A stretch of 64,000 bases of DNA. Source: a virus. The position numbers and the translations under genes are program-made. Below, piece after piece: positions 1 through 9,558 of the stretch (its first letter is position 1; each line of letters begins with the position of its first letter). The stretch lies in IMG/VR virus record IMGVR_UViG_3300007735_000801. One strand, written 5' to 3'. A model generated the notes under the pieces. The model saw nothing but the letters and a program-made list of their open reading frames with translations. It had not been told where the DNA came from and made no database searches.

Positions 1-62
1 AAGATTTTGGTAATAAGTGGACTGATTGGAATCCAGATCCAAAGTCTAATGATTATCAGTAA
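1..62 (+). CDS. 3' end of an upstream hypothetical gene (…DFGNKWTDWNPDPKSNDYQ*), truncated by window edge
   Basis: Open frame from position 3 to TAA at 60-62; protein-like sequence. Confidence 0.5.
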   Translation, partial: DFGNKWTDWNPDPKSNDYQ

Positions 63-133
63 TATCAATTATTGTTTGATTCTCTATTTTCTCATTCATA
101 CCAGACACACAAGTATACACGAAAATTTTAATT

Positions 134-721
134 ATGTCAAGTGAAAAATCTAAAAAATCTAAAAATATTGTAGACCCCCCGATTGTAGCCCAAAAACGGC
201 TCACCAAGGACAGCGACCACTATGTGGATAACAAGAAGTTCCTTGCTGAGATGGTTATTTGGAAACGCCAAATACGAGAAGCAGAAGAAGTAGAAGATGA
301 CAAGCCGCCAGTATCTACCTATATTGGCGAATGCTTTATGAAGATTGCGGAACGCCTTTCCTCCAAGCATAACTTTGCGAATTATCCGTATCGAGAAGAG
401 ATGGTGGGAGATGCTATTGAGAACTGTCTCATGTATGCACACAACTTTAATCCTAAGAAATCCAAGAATCCGTTCTCGTATTTCACTCAAATAATCTATT
501 ACGCCTTCCTCAGACGCATAGAAAAAGAAAAAAAGCAAAATTATATCAAGTTTAAGTTGACTGAGCACCTAGATGATGGTACAATGCATAAGTGGTGTAA
601 AACTAATTACTTTGAAAAGGATGATCCACGAGAAGCATTAAGTGAACATTTCTCTATTACAGAAAAGGATATAGAGAAGTATGAACCTAAGTTACGAAAA
701 AAGCGCAAACATAAATCATGA
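134..721 (+). CDS. gp55: T4-like late-transcription sigma factor gp55
   Basis: HYVDNKKF, YIGECFMKIAERLS, NFANYPYREEM.GDAIENCL.Y.HNFNP.KS.NPFSYFTQI.YYAFLRRI.KEKKQ motifs; upstream of gp47/gp46. Confidence 0.96.
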   Translation: MSSEKSKKSKNIVDPPIVAQKRLTKDSDHYVDNKKFLAEMVIWKRQIREAEEVEDDKPPVSTYIGECFMKIAERLSSKHNFANYPYREEMVGDAIENCLMYAHNFNPKKSKNPFSYFTQIIYYAFLRRIEKEKKQNYIKFKLTEHLDDGTMHKWCKTNYFEKDDPREALSEHFSITEKDIEKYEPKLRKKRKHKS

Positions 722-1761
722 AAATATGCATTATTGGTGACTCGCATTTCGGAGCAAGATCCGATTCGCCGTTATTTTTAAATTATTTCTTTAAGTTTTT
801 TGATAATGAATTGTTTCCTTATCTAAAAGCAAACGATATCAATACAGTCATTCATTTAGGTGATCTGTTTGATCGTCGTAAGTTTGTAAATTTTCATACA
901 CTAAAGCATGTAAGAGAACGATTCATGAATTGGTTTGAAACCAACAATGTGGATCTTCACTGTATTCTCGGAAACCATGATGTGTTCTACAAGAATACCA
1001 ATCATCTAAATTCCCCAAAGGAATTGTTTGTTGATTGTTATTCAAAATTCCATCTGTATGAACAGACTACAGAACTAGTAGTAGCAGATGGTACCAAGTT
1101 CTTGATGGTTCCTTGGATTAATGACGAGAATAAATCAGCCGTAATCAAGGCTATTGAAGCCAGCACAGCACCAGTAGTATGTGGTCATTTTGAACTGAAT
1201 GGTTATGAAATGATATCTAGTATCAAATGCTCTAGTGGAATGGAAGATAAATTCCTACAAAAGTTTGAATTAGTTCTTTCTGGTCACTTCCACACAAAGA
1301 GTTCTAAAGGAAACATTCATTATCTTGGAACTCAATACGAAATGACTACTGCTGACCTTCACCAAGATAAAGGCTTCCATGTGTACGATACAGAAACTCG
1401 TGAACTAACATTTATCAAGAATCCACATAAAATGTACTATAGTATTGAATGGACAGATAAACGAGATTTTAGTGACTTGGATCCTACGGTATACAAAAAC
1501 ACTTATGTTCGAGTACTAGTATTAAACAAAAAAAATGAAAGAAAATTTGACGAGTTCATAGATCTGTTGTATACTGGAGAGCCAGCAAGCATCACAATCA
1601 TTGAAGACATAGTAACCAAGGACGACGAAAATAGTCCAGAGTTTGATATTGCTGAAGATACTTTGAGTCTGATTAATCGAGAAATTGAATTTTTAGAATC
1701 TGATAACACAGAACAATTAAAAGAAATTATGCGTCAAGTCTATATGGAAACTCTTTCATGA
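718..1761 (+). CDS. gp47: Recombination endonuclease subunit gp47 (Mre11/SbcD-like metallophosphoesterase)
   Basis: GDSHFG, HLGDLFD, GNHD, GHF, SGHFH motifs; T4 synteny. Confidence 0.95.
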   Translation: MKICIIGDSHFGARSDSPLFLNYFFKFFDNELFPYLKANDINTVIHLGDLFDRRKFVNFHTLKHVRERFMNWFETNNVDLHCILGNHDVFYKNTNHLNSPKELFVDCYSKFHLYEQTTELVVADGTKFLMVPWINDENKSAVIKAIEASTAPVVCGHFELNGYEMISSIKCSSGMEDKFLQKFELVLSGHFHTKSSKGNIHYLGTQYEMTTADLHQDKGFHVYDTETRELTFIKNPHKMYYSIEWTDKRDFSDLDPTVYKNTYVRVLVLNKKNERKFDEFIDLLYTGEPASITIIEDIVTKDDENSPEFDIAEDTLSLINREIEFLESDNTEQLKEIMRQVYMETLS

Positions 1762-3473
1762 TCGTATTCAAGACTGTTCGATTTAAAAATTTTGGTTCAT
1801 TTGGAAACAGCTTTACCGAAGTTAAGTTAGGAGAGAAATCCACCACTCTAGTATGTGGTAGTAATGGTAACGGCAAATCCTTTGCTTTATTGGATTCTAT
1901 TGCCTTTGCATTATATGGAAGACCATTTCGTAACATCAATATCCCGCAACTAGTTAATTCCGTAAACAAAAAGAATTGCGTGGTAGAGATCAATTTCAGT
2001 ATTGGAAAGAATGAATTTAAGGTAGTTCGTGGTCTAGCCCCAAAATTATTTGAAATCTATAAAGACGGTAATCTACTAAATCAAGATGCAAAGATTAAAG
2101 ATTATCAGGAAGTATTAGAATCTCAGATATTAGGAATGAACTTTAAGACGTTCTCTCAGGTTGTTGTATTAGGAAGTTCATCGTTTGTTCCGTTCATGCA
2201 ATTAACTCCTACTGATCGCCGTCAGGTTATAGAGAACATATTAGATATTAGCATATTCTCTCAAATGAATGTTGTAGTTAAAGATAAGGTTAATGGGGTT
2301 AAGTCTGAACTAGACGCAACCAATACTCAAATAGAAGTAACTAAAGCACAAATTGCAGACACCAAAGAAACTATTCAGTCTCTAGTAAAGAACACACAAC
2401 AGATTATAGAAGAACGTAAAGCAGCACAGGCGCAACTAAAAGCCGAAATGGTTGTCATACAGACTGATATAGATGAGTTGTCAGAGCCATTAAAGATTTC
2501 TGGTACCTCAATACAGAACGAATTAAAGGAAGTTCAAAAGAAACGAACAGATGCTCAAAAGATTCTTGGCAAAATTGAACAGGCTAAAGAGAGTATTAAC
2601 GAAGATATTGAATTCTTTAATAATAATGAAACCTGCTCTTTATGTAAACAGGGAATTGCCCATGACCACAAAGATGCCCTACTAACACAAAGAAAAACAA
2701 AGTTGGATGAGTACCAGCAAGGTACTCAGGATATAAACACACAAATTGCAAAGACCGAGAAACAAATAGAAGAGATTCAGGGTCGATTAAACGAACACCA
2801 AACTAATGTTATTCGTTTGGCTAATAAACGAGAAACCTTAAAGAGTCTTAATACTAGTCACGCAAATCTTGAATTGAACAATGCCAAGACATACTCCCAA
2901 GAAGAGATTGCCAAGTTTGAGAGTAAACTCGTAGAATTAGAAAATAAAGAAGTTGATCTGATTGATAAAAAGTATAAAGTCCTAAAGACTCTGAAATGCT
3001 ACGATCAACTTATAAATTTATTTAAAGATAGTGGCATTAAATCAAAAATTATTAAGTATTATATCCCTTTAATCAACAAACATGTAAACAAGTACTTGAC
3101 AAGCATGGATTTCTATGCTATATTTAATCTGGACGAAGAGTTCAAAGAAATCATCAAGAGTCGCCACCGAGACATATTCACATATGAATCATTTAGTGAA
3201 GGCGAAAAAATGCGTATAGATTTGGCACTGCTTCTTACTTGGCGAGAAATTGCTCGATTAAAGAATAGTGTTTCCACCAACCTTCTGATTCTAGATGAAG
3301 TTTTTGATTCTAGTTTAGACGGTACTGGAACTGATGAGTTTATGAAATTGATATCTTCGTTTGGATCTAAGGTTAATGTATTTGTCATCAGTCATAAAAC
3401 TGATCAATTACTAGATAGATTTGGTTCAATAATTCAATTCGAAAAGAAACGAAACTTTAGCAGATTAGTATGA
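1758..3473 (+). CDS. gp46: Recombination endonuclease ATPase subunit gp46 (Rad50/SbcC-like)
   Basis: Walker A GSNGNGKS, coiled coil with CSLC zinc hook, signature FSEGEK, Walker B LILDEVFD, ISH. Confidence 0.96.
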   Translation: MIVFKTVRFKNFGSFGNSFTEVKLGEKSTTLVCGSNGNGKSFALLDSIAFALYGRPFRNINIPQLVNSVNKKNCVVEINFSIGKNEFKVVRGLAPKLFEIYKDGNLLNQDAKIKDYQEVLESQILGMNFKTFSQVVVLGSSSFVPFMQLTPTDRRQVIENILDISIFSQMNVVVKDKVNGVKSELDATNTQIEVTKAQIADTKETIQSLVKNTQQIIEERKAAQAQLKAEMVVIQTDIDELSEPLKISGTSIQNELKEVQKKRTDAQKILGKIEQAKESINEDIEFFNNNETCSLCKQGIAHDHKDALLTQRKTKLDEYQQGTQDINTQIAKTEKQIEEIQGRLNEHQTNVIRLANKRETLKSLNTSHANLELNNAKTYSQEEIAKFESKLVELENKEVDLIDKKYKVLKTLKCYDQLINLFKDSGIKSKIIKYYIPLINKHVNKYLTSMDFYAIFNLDEEFKEIIKSRHRDIFTYESFSEGEKMRIDLALLLTWREIARLKNSVSTNLLILDEVFDSSLDGTGTDEFMKLISSFGSKVNVFVISHKTDQLLDRFGSIIQFEKKRNFSRLV

Positions 3474-4198
3474 AACGAAAACAAACAAAACACAAACGTA
3501 TCAAGCGTGGCGATTCTGTAGACTCTCTACTGATCAAGAATGAACCTTCTTGGGAGGATGTGGCTACTCTAACTCCAGAGCAAATTGATGCCAGAATTCT
3601 CAAGGCAACCAGTTGGTATAGTTACAGTTGCAAAAATGAGGTGTATAAGCCTTGGGTGATTGATTGGATGCAAAGAAACAAATACTCCAAATCAGATGTT
3701 CGTGACGCAATCAAGGTATCAGATACACACCCATCCATAATGAGTATAGGTAAATACTGCAGAATCATGAATCTTGGCGGAAAGTTTGTTGATAAAGTTC
3801 TAGACAATATTAAATCAGAAATACAACATATTATCAAACTTGGTCAAGTAGTTAAACCAAAGGTAGTAAAAGAACAAGTCTCAATCCAAGAGCATATCCG
3901 AAAGAAAACCGAAGGATATCTGTGCACAATGAACGAAAGAATTGATGAATTATATCTTGCAGTATGTGAAGACGAAGCTACTAAATTTGACCACGAAGGC
4001 TGGTTGGAAGTTGAAGACATAAATCATATTCATTGGAAAAAGATGTCTAAGATACTTGATCCGTTCATTAATGAATTGAAACTAGCATATTCTGGAAAAG
4101 ATCAAGAGTTAAAAGAAGCCTATGAATACCTTGGTAAGAAAAAGATTAAAGTTATGATAAATACCCTAGAGGATTTTAAAGAAATATTAAATGGCTAA
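3470..4198 (+). CDS. Conserved T4-like hypothetical protein
   Basis: 242 aa, coupled to gp46 (ATGA overlap); EP.W, WY.Y and DQELKEAY.YL motifs resemble conserved T4-like unknowns. Confidence 0.65.
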   Translation: MKRKQTKHKRIKRGDSVDSLLIKNEPSWEDVATLTPEQIDARILKATSWYSYSCKNEVYKPWVIDWMQRNKYSKSDVRDAIKVSDTHPSIMSIGKYCRIMNLGGKFVDKVLDNIKSEIQHIIKLGQVVKPKVVKEQVSIQEHIRKKTEGYLCTMNERIDELYLAVCEDEATKFDHEGWLEVEDINHIHWKKMSKILDPFINELKLAYSGKDQELKEAYEYLGKKKIKVMINTLEDFKEILNG

Positions 4199-4511
4199 TT
4201 TCAAAGGAATATTTCGAGTTAGTGGTGCAGACGGTCAATGCATTCAATATGCACAAGGGGACATTGTATATAAAAAGGGAGAAGCGTACATTGCTGAACG
4301 TACTCCAGATCTTTGCACATCCCCAGAGCATAAGTTATCAGGATGGCAACCCCTAGCATCAGAACGAGCAGGAACCACAGTAACATTCTTTAGTTCTGTT
4401 ACTCCACCAAGTCGAGTTTCTCAAGGAGACGAATGGTGGGATCCTAGCACCGCCAAATTGTACAAATATATAATTGATACAAATAGTGAACAATGGGTAC
4501 AAATTTATTGA
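4191..4511 (+). CDS. Small probable virion/fibre adaptor protein
   Basis: Y.QGDIV...G.AY motif and C-terminal P…GDEWWDPSTAKLY…WVQI motif shared with the collagen protein at 20666; TAAATA at 4158-4163 and GAGG RBS. Confidence 0.6.
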   Translation: MANFKGIFRVSGADGQCIQYAQGDIVYKKGEAYIAERTPDLCTSPEHKLSGWQPLASERAGTTVTFFSSVTPPSRVSQGDEWWDPSTAKLYKYIIDTNSEQWVQIY

Positions 4512-4535
4512 CTTTTGTTTTTTACGTGATATAAT
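4508..4535 (+). promoter_or_regulatory. Sigma70-type early promoter for rnh (leaderless)
   Basis: TTGACT-16 bp-TATAAT, then 6 nt to ATG at 4542. Confidence 0.8.
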
Positions 4536-4541
4536 TACATT

Positions 4542-5378
4542 ATGCTTCTTATCGACAATAATCAAATAATTTTAGCAAACATCTTTCAGGCTGCTAAAGA
4601 CACAGATAACTTTAACGAAGACTATATTCGTCATACTGTGCTTAATTCTTATCGTAAATACCGAATGATGTTTCGTGAATACGGCGAGTTAGTTGTGTGT
4701 AACGATAGTTGTAATTATTGGAGAAAACAATGGTTTCCCCATTACAAGCAGAATCGTAAGAAGACACAAGATGCAGCAGCAGACCAATGGAAAGAAGTCT
4801 ATTCTATTCTAGACGTTATTCGAGACGAAATCAAAGAGATCTTCCCGTATCCTAATATTCGTATTCAGGGAGCAGAAGCAGACGACATTATCTTTGCCCT
4901 AACCAAGCGATTTGCTCAACAAGAAAAGATTATGATCTTGTCTAACGATAAAGACTTTCAACAACTTCAGATTTTTCCTAACGTAAAGCAATACAGCACA
5001 AACAAAAAAGAATTTATGGAGTGTGCTGATCCTCGTGGATATTTACTAGAACATATTATCAAAGGCGATTCCTCTGACGGTGTTCCTAATATGCTGTCTG
5101 ATGATGACACCTTTATGACTGACGGAAAGCGTCAAACAGTAATGACAGCCAAACGATTAGAGGCACTAAAGAAACAATCAGAAGAATCTTCTTTTTACAA
5201 TATGCCCAACTATATAAGGAATAAGACGATGATTGATTTGTCTTCTATTCCAAAAGCACTAGAAGAGAGTATTTTAGATTCATACCAAGAACAACAAGGA
5301 AAAGGTCGAGAAAAATTGTTTAATTATTTTATTGATCACAAGTTAAAGGAGCTACTTCCAAGTATTGAGGAATTTTGA
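4542..5378 (+). CDS. rnh: RNase H / 5'-3' flap exonuclease (T4 rnh-like)
   Basis: LLID, YWRK..FPHYK.NRK, EADDII, ILSNDKDFQQL, IIKGDSSDGVPN motifs. Confidence 0.94.
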   Translation: MLLIDNNQIILANIFQAAKDTDNFNEDYIRHTVLNSYRKYRMMFREYGELVVCNDSCNYWRKQWFPHYKQNRKKTQDAAADQWKEVYSILDVIRDEIKEIFPYPNIRIQGAEADDIIFALTKRFAQQEKIMILSNDKDFQQLQIFPNVKQYSTNKKEFMECADPRGYLLEHIIKGDSSDGVPNMLSDDDTFMTDGKRQTVMTAKRLEALKKQSEESSFYNMPNYIRNKTMIDLSSIPKALEESILDSYQEQQGKGREKLFNYFIDHKLKELLPSIEEF

Positions 5379-5558
5379 ATGGCAAACGAACAAGAACCAG
5401 AATCGGAGTATGAACAATTCAAACGCTTACAGAAGGAACGAAAGAAAGCGAAGAAAACTAAACATCGTCCAGACGCAAGAAAGTGGCTGAATGATTTACG
5501 ACACGGACACAATAGTGATGATGAAGATTACCAAAGTTTTGAAAGATTTAACAAGTAA
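5379..5558 (+). CDS. Small hypothetical protein, 59 aa (MANEQEPESEYEQFKRLQKERKK…), not in ORF track
   Basis: ATG immediately after rnh stop, GAGG RBS, fills the gap to gp45. Confidence 0.7.
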   Translation: MANEQEPESEYEQFKRLQKERKKAKKTKHRPDARKWLNDLRHGHNSDDEDYQSFERFNK

Positions 5559-5572
5559 AGGATGACTATATT

Positions 5573-6259
5573 ATGACAAGTACAACAACCAGTATCTCTA
5601 AGCAGACGTTTAACATTTTAAAGAATTTCAGCAGCATTAACTCTAACTTGTTTGTGAAGGCGGGAAATAAAATTACCACCATTTCACCAAGCAAGAACGT
5701 GATGGCAGAAGCCATCGTAGAGGAAACATTTGATTCCGAGTTTGGACTTTGGGATCTGAACAAGTTTCTTGGTATTGTTTCTCTTCTCGAAGATCCTGAG
5801 TTTATGTTTGAAGAGAAGTGTGTGGTAGTGACAGGAGTTAATGGTTCCTCGGTAAAGTATTACTTTGCTGATCCAGCACTTCTGACGTATCCAACCAAGC
5901 AAGTGAAGACTCCAGCGGTTGCTATTACTTTTGACCTGATGGCAGATCAGTTCCGTGAACTTCAACGATCAGGTGCTGCTCTTCAACTTTCCGATCTCTG
6001 CATCATCTCCAAGGGCAGTGAAGTATTAGCAGTAGTCAAGGATCTAAAGGATCCTACCACTAATGTCTTTACCTTACCAGTAGGCAGCAATCCAGAAGAA
6101 GCAACATTCTCGTTCAACTTTAAGTTGGATAACCTGAAGTTGTTTGAAGGTGACTATAGTGTGGAAATTAGCAAGACCGTGATCTCGCAATTCACACACA
6201 AGAATCTGGATCTAAAGTATTGGATTGCCATGGAAAACACCAGCACATACAGCGAATAA
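5573..6259 (+). CDS. gp45: Sliding clamp gp45
   Basis: ISKQT..ILKNFSSIN, FG.WDLN.FL, KYYFADP, L.YWIA.E; synteny. Confidence 0.95.
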   Translation: MTSTTTSISKQTFNILKNFSSINSNLFVKAGNKITTISPSKNVMAEAIVEETFDSEFGLWDLNKFLGIVSLLEDPEFMFEEKCVVVTGVNGSSVKYYFADPALLTYPTKQVKTPAVAITFDLMADQFRELQRSGAALQLSDLCIISKGSEVLAVVKDLKDPTTNVFTLPVGSNPEEATFSFNFKLDNLKLFEGDYSVEISKTVISQFTHKNLDLKYWIAMENTSTYSE

Positions 6260-6262
6260 TCC

Positions 6263-7225
6263 ATGATAATAACCGCAAATAATGCGATTGGTTTGTTGGT
6301 CGAGAAGTATAGACCACAAACCATTCAAGATTGTGTACTTCCTGCAAATATCAAAAAGATTTTTCAGGATATAGTAAACTCAAAGGATTGTCCTAATCTT
6401 ATGCTATCGGGCAAGCCAGGTCTAGGTAAAACTAGCGTGGCTAAAGCCCTTTGCAATGAACTAGGAGCAGACTTTATTATTATCAATTGTTCTGAAGACG
6501 GAAATATCGATACTTTGCGAACAAAGATTCGCCAGTTTGCAAGTACGGTATCTCTGTCAGAAGACGCAAATCAGAAGATTGTTATTCTGGATGAGTTTGA
6601 TTATTCTAATGTGAATAGTATTCAGCCTGCCCTTCGTGGAGCCATTGAAGAGTTCTCTAAGACTTGTCGGTTTATTATTACGTGCAACTACAAGAATCGT
6701 ATCATCGAGCCTATTCATTCTCGTTGTACGGGTATTGACTTTAACTTTGCACACAAAGACCGACCAGAACTAGCCAAGCAGTTTCTAGAACGATGTCAGG
6801 GTATTCTGGAAGCAGAAGAGATTACCTACGACGTAAAGATTCTGTCTAAAGTCATTGTGAAATTCTTTCCAGATTTTCGTCGTGTTCTGAACGAACTTCA
6901 ACGATACTCTGCGGCAGGAACCATTGATGTAGGTATTCTGAGCACAGCAGGGGAACTGGATGTGAAGCAACTGATGGGGTTTATGAAAGAGAAGAACTTC
7001 AACGAGGTCAGAAAATGGGTGGCAAACAACACCAACCATGTTCCACAGGATCTCTTCAGGAAGGTCTACGATAGCCTATACGACTTCCTAGAGCCTTCTA
7101 CCATACCACAGGCGGTTTTGATCATTGCAGAGTATCAATACAAGGCTAGTTTTGTGAGTGATCAGGAGATCAATATGTGTGCTTTCATGGTGGAAGTCAT
7201 GATGACTTGCGGGTTCAAGAAGTAA
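6263..7225 (+). CDS. gp44: Clamp loader large subunit gp44
   Basis: VEKYRP, Walker A GKPGLGKTS, ILDEFD, IIEPIHSRC, FPDFRR. Confidence 0.96.
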   Translation: MIITANNAIGLLVEKYRPQTIQDCVLPANIKKIFQDIVNSKDCPNLMLSGKPGLGKTSVAKALCNELGADFIIINCSEDGNIDTLRTKIRQFASTVSLSEDANQKIVILDEFDYSNVNSIQPALRGAIEEFSKTCRFIITCNYKNRIIEPIHSRCTGIDFNFAHKDRPELAKQFLERCQGILEAEEITYDVKILSKVIVKFFPDFRRVLNELQRYSAAGTIDVGILSTAGELDVKQLMGFMKEKNFNEVRKWVANNTNHVPQDLFRKVYDSLYDFLEPSTIPQAVLIIAEYQYKASFVSDQEINMCAFMVEVMMTCGFKK

Positions 7226-7608
7226 TGGATCCATTTATTTTCCTTAATTCTATAAACCAATCCAAGGTTCCCTTGATGGACGAAGATCATCTATGCGAAA
7301 AAGAGTATGTTCCGTACATGACTAATCGTGGATTATCCTACTTTTCAGACACAATCTTCTACGCAAATACGATGAACCGTCACGGTAATATTGACAAGAA
7401 GCTTCAGTTTGATTATCTTCGTATTTCGGTTCGTCCACGAAAGCGGTTTAGTAAGTGGCTGAAGCCTGAACAAGATGATCGTATTGATGCCTTGAAAGCA
7501 TTGTACGGGTATTCCAATACCAGAGCCAGAGAAGTGGTAGATTTGCTGTCCGAAGACGACTGGAAACAAATTCGCAGCCTTTTAGATCAGGGTGGAGCCA
7601 AACTTTAA
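7225..7608 (+). CDS. gp62: Clamp loader small subunit gp62
   Basis: FLNSIN, Y.PYM.NR.LS, RPRKRFSKW.K, YGYS; start taken at ATG overlapping the gp44 stop. Confidence 0.92.
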   Translation: MDPFIFLNSINQSKVPLMDEDHLCEKEYVPYMTNRGLSYFSDTIFYANTMNRHGNIDKKLQFDYLRISVRPRKRFSKWLKPEQDDRIDALKALYGYSNTRAREVVDLLSEDDWKQIRSLLDQGGAKL

Positions 7609-7612
7609 TTTA

Positions 7613-7620
7613 TATAAATA
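7613..7620 (+). promoter_or_regulatory. T4-type late promoter TATAAATA upstream of regA and the glycosylation island
   Basis: Exact TATAAATA in the gp62-regA gap. Confidence 0.65.
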
Positions 7621-7664
7621 CTTATGTTATTGTATGAATTAATTTAACATAAAGCGAATTTGAT

Positions 7665-8075
7665 ATGGAAACTGATGATAATGATATATTTGATGGGCTA
7701 GGTGTAGAAATTACACTCAAAAGCAAAGACGATTTTCTTAAGGTTCGAGAAACTCTAACTCGCATGGGAGTCTCGTCTAAAAAAGAAAAGAAATTATTTC
7801 AAAGTTGCCATATTCTGCATAAGCGTGGCAGGTATGCTATTATGCACTTTAAAGAATTATTGGATTTGGATGGTCTGGAAACAGACATATCAGATTCTGA
7901 TATTGGTCGTAGAAATGTTATAGTTAAACTTTTAGTGGAATGGGGTTTAGTAACGGCAGTAGATCCTGAGGAATACAAAGAACCTCAACTTTCTCTTGCT
8001 CAGCTAAAAATCATTCCACATAAAGAAAAGAAAGATTGGGTTCTGGTTCCGAAATACCATATAGGAAATTCTTAA
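7665..8075 (+). CDS. regA: Translational repressor RegA
   Basis: DDFLKVRETLTR.G.S, L.QSCHILHK.GRY.I.HFKEL, W.LVPKY.IG. Confidence 0.96.
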   Translation: METDDNDIFDGLGVEITLKSKDDFLKVRETLTRMGVSSKKEKKLFQSCHILHKRGRYAIMHFKELLDLDGLETDISDSDIGRRNVIVKLLVEWGLVTAVDPEEYKEPQLSLAQLKIIPHKEKKDWVLVPKYHIGNS

Positions 8076-8077
8076 TT

Positions 8078-8716
8078 ATGCAAACTGAAGTGATTAGTTT
8101 TTATAGTGATTTAGATGGATCGACATATTACAGTGATCACGCAAAACGATTAAAAAACCAATTAGATCGTTTAGGTTTAAAGTCGGATATTCGTGAAAAG
8201 AAATCACTAGGATCTTACCAAAAGAATTGTTTAAGTAAACCACAATTCATCTATTATATGTTAGTACAAAAACAACAACCAATTTTGTGGTTGGATGTAG
8301 ATTCTGACGTAAGACAATCATTAAATGTATTTGATTTGTTTCAAGACAATACTGATCTTGCGTTTTCTTGTTCTTTACCTAAATTATATGCAGCAAAAGC
8401 ATCACCAATATATTTGGCGTTTAACAGTAAAGTGTTAGAGTTTTTACAACACTGGATACATGTTGCTAGAAATTTTGAAGAAACTGGTAAATGGTTTGAT
8501 CATGAAGCCCTATTAGGAATCATTAATAAGTTCTATACTCAAGAAGGATTTAGAATGAAGTTTGTTGGTCCTGAATATTGCGTTTGGCCTGGAGAAGAAG
8601 CAGCTAATTCTGTTATTGTTATGGGATTAGCTGATGTGGAATCTAAAAAACAATCTTTGCGTGAATTAGGTATTAATGAGGAAGCAATTGCATGGCAGAG
8701 TCCAGGAACAAAGTAA
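8078..8716 (+). CDS. Putative GT-A glycosyltransferase (nucleotide-diphospho-sugar transferase-like)
   Basis: KP.FI…ILWLDVDS (DxD), W…DHE motif; first gene of the sugar cluster. Confidence 0.65.
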   Translation: MQTEVISFYSDLDGSTYYSDHAKRLKNQLDRLGLKSDIREKKSLGSYQKNCLSKPQFIYYMLVQKQQPILWLDVDSDVRQSLNVFDLFQDNTDLAFSCSLPKLYAAKASPIYLAFNSKVLEFLQHWIHVARNFEETGKWFDHEALLGIINKFYTQEGFRMKFVGPEYCVWPGEEAANSVIVMGLADVESKKQSLRELGINEEAIAWQSPGTK

Positions 8717-9558
8717 GAGGAATTGGATTACCGTTTGACCCACAATACTCATCTTGCTCTAATATAAAACCAAAAGATTTTGATTGGGTTACTACAGCAG
8801 GCGATTGGGTTGTGCATATAGACGAATGTCTATTAATGCAACCAGATAGTACTCCAAAAGAAAAACGTTTTGGGTGGGTATGCGAATCCAAGTATATCGT
8901 CCCTAATGTATATACATTTTTGACGCACAAACATAAAGAGATGTTTGAAGAATATTATACTAACATATTCACCTGTGATCAAGAATTATTAAATCTAGAT
9001 GAACGATTTGTTTATTGTCCTAACGGAAGCAATTATCCTTGGGTGCCTAAAGAGAAATGGGAAGTATATAATAAAACTAAATTATGTTCAATGTTTTGTT
9101 CTCCCAAATTAATGACAGAAGGACATGTTCACAGGCATCAAATAGCAAGACTGGCACTGGATGCTAACATTAGTGTGTTTGGTGGAGTTCACGGAACCCA
9201 AAGAACAGTAACGGATCCTCGTAATCCATGGAATACTAAAATTGATGGTTTAAAAGACTATATGTTTAGTATTATTATGGAGAATGGAGTGTACGATTCA
9301 TACTGGACGGAAAAGGTTACAGATTGTTTTGCTACAGGAACTATACCAATTTACTGGGGATCCAAGAAATTACTTGACTTCTTCGAATCTGATGGTATAA
9401 TTATGTTAGAGTCTGGGAAAGAACAAGAAATCATGGAATCATTAACCCCAGAACTTTACGAAAAAATGAAACCAAGTGTTGAGAATAATTTTCTTAAAGT
9501 TAAAGGGATGCAAATGGCAGATGATGTATTGTTTGAAAGAATCCAATGTTCACACTAG
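8692..9558 (+). CDS. Glycosyltransferase family 10 (fucosyltransferase-like)
   Basis: YMFSIIMEN…YWTEKVTDCF..GTIPIYWG is the GT10 alpha-1,3-FucT motif. Confidence 0.85.
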   Translation: MAESRNKVRGIGLPFDPQYSSCSNIKPKDFDWVTTAGDWVVHIDECLLMQPDSTPKEKRFGWVCESKYIVPNVYTFLTHKHKEMFEEYYTNIFTCDQELLNLDERFVYCPNGSNYPWVPKEKWEVYNKTKLCSMFCSPKLMTEGHVHRHQIARLALDANISVFGGVHGTQRTVTDPRNPWNTKIDGLKDYMFSIIMENGVYDSYWTEKVTDCFATGTIPIYWGSKKLLDFFESDGIIMLESGKEQEIMESLTPELYEKMKPSVENNFLKVKGMQMADDVLFERIQCSH

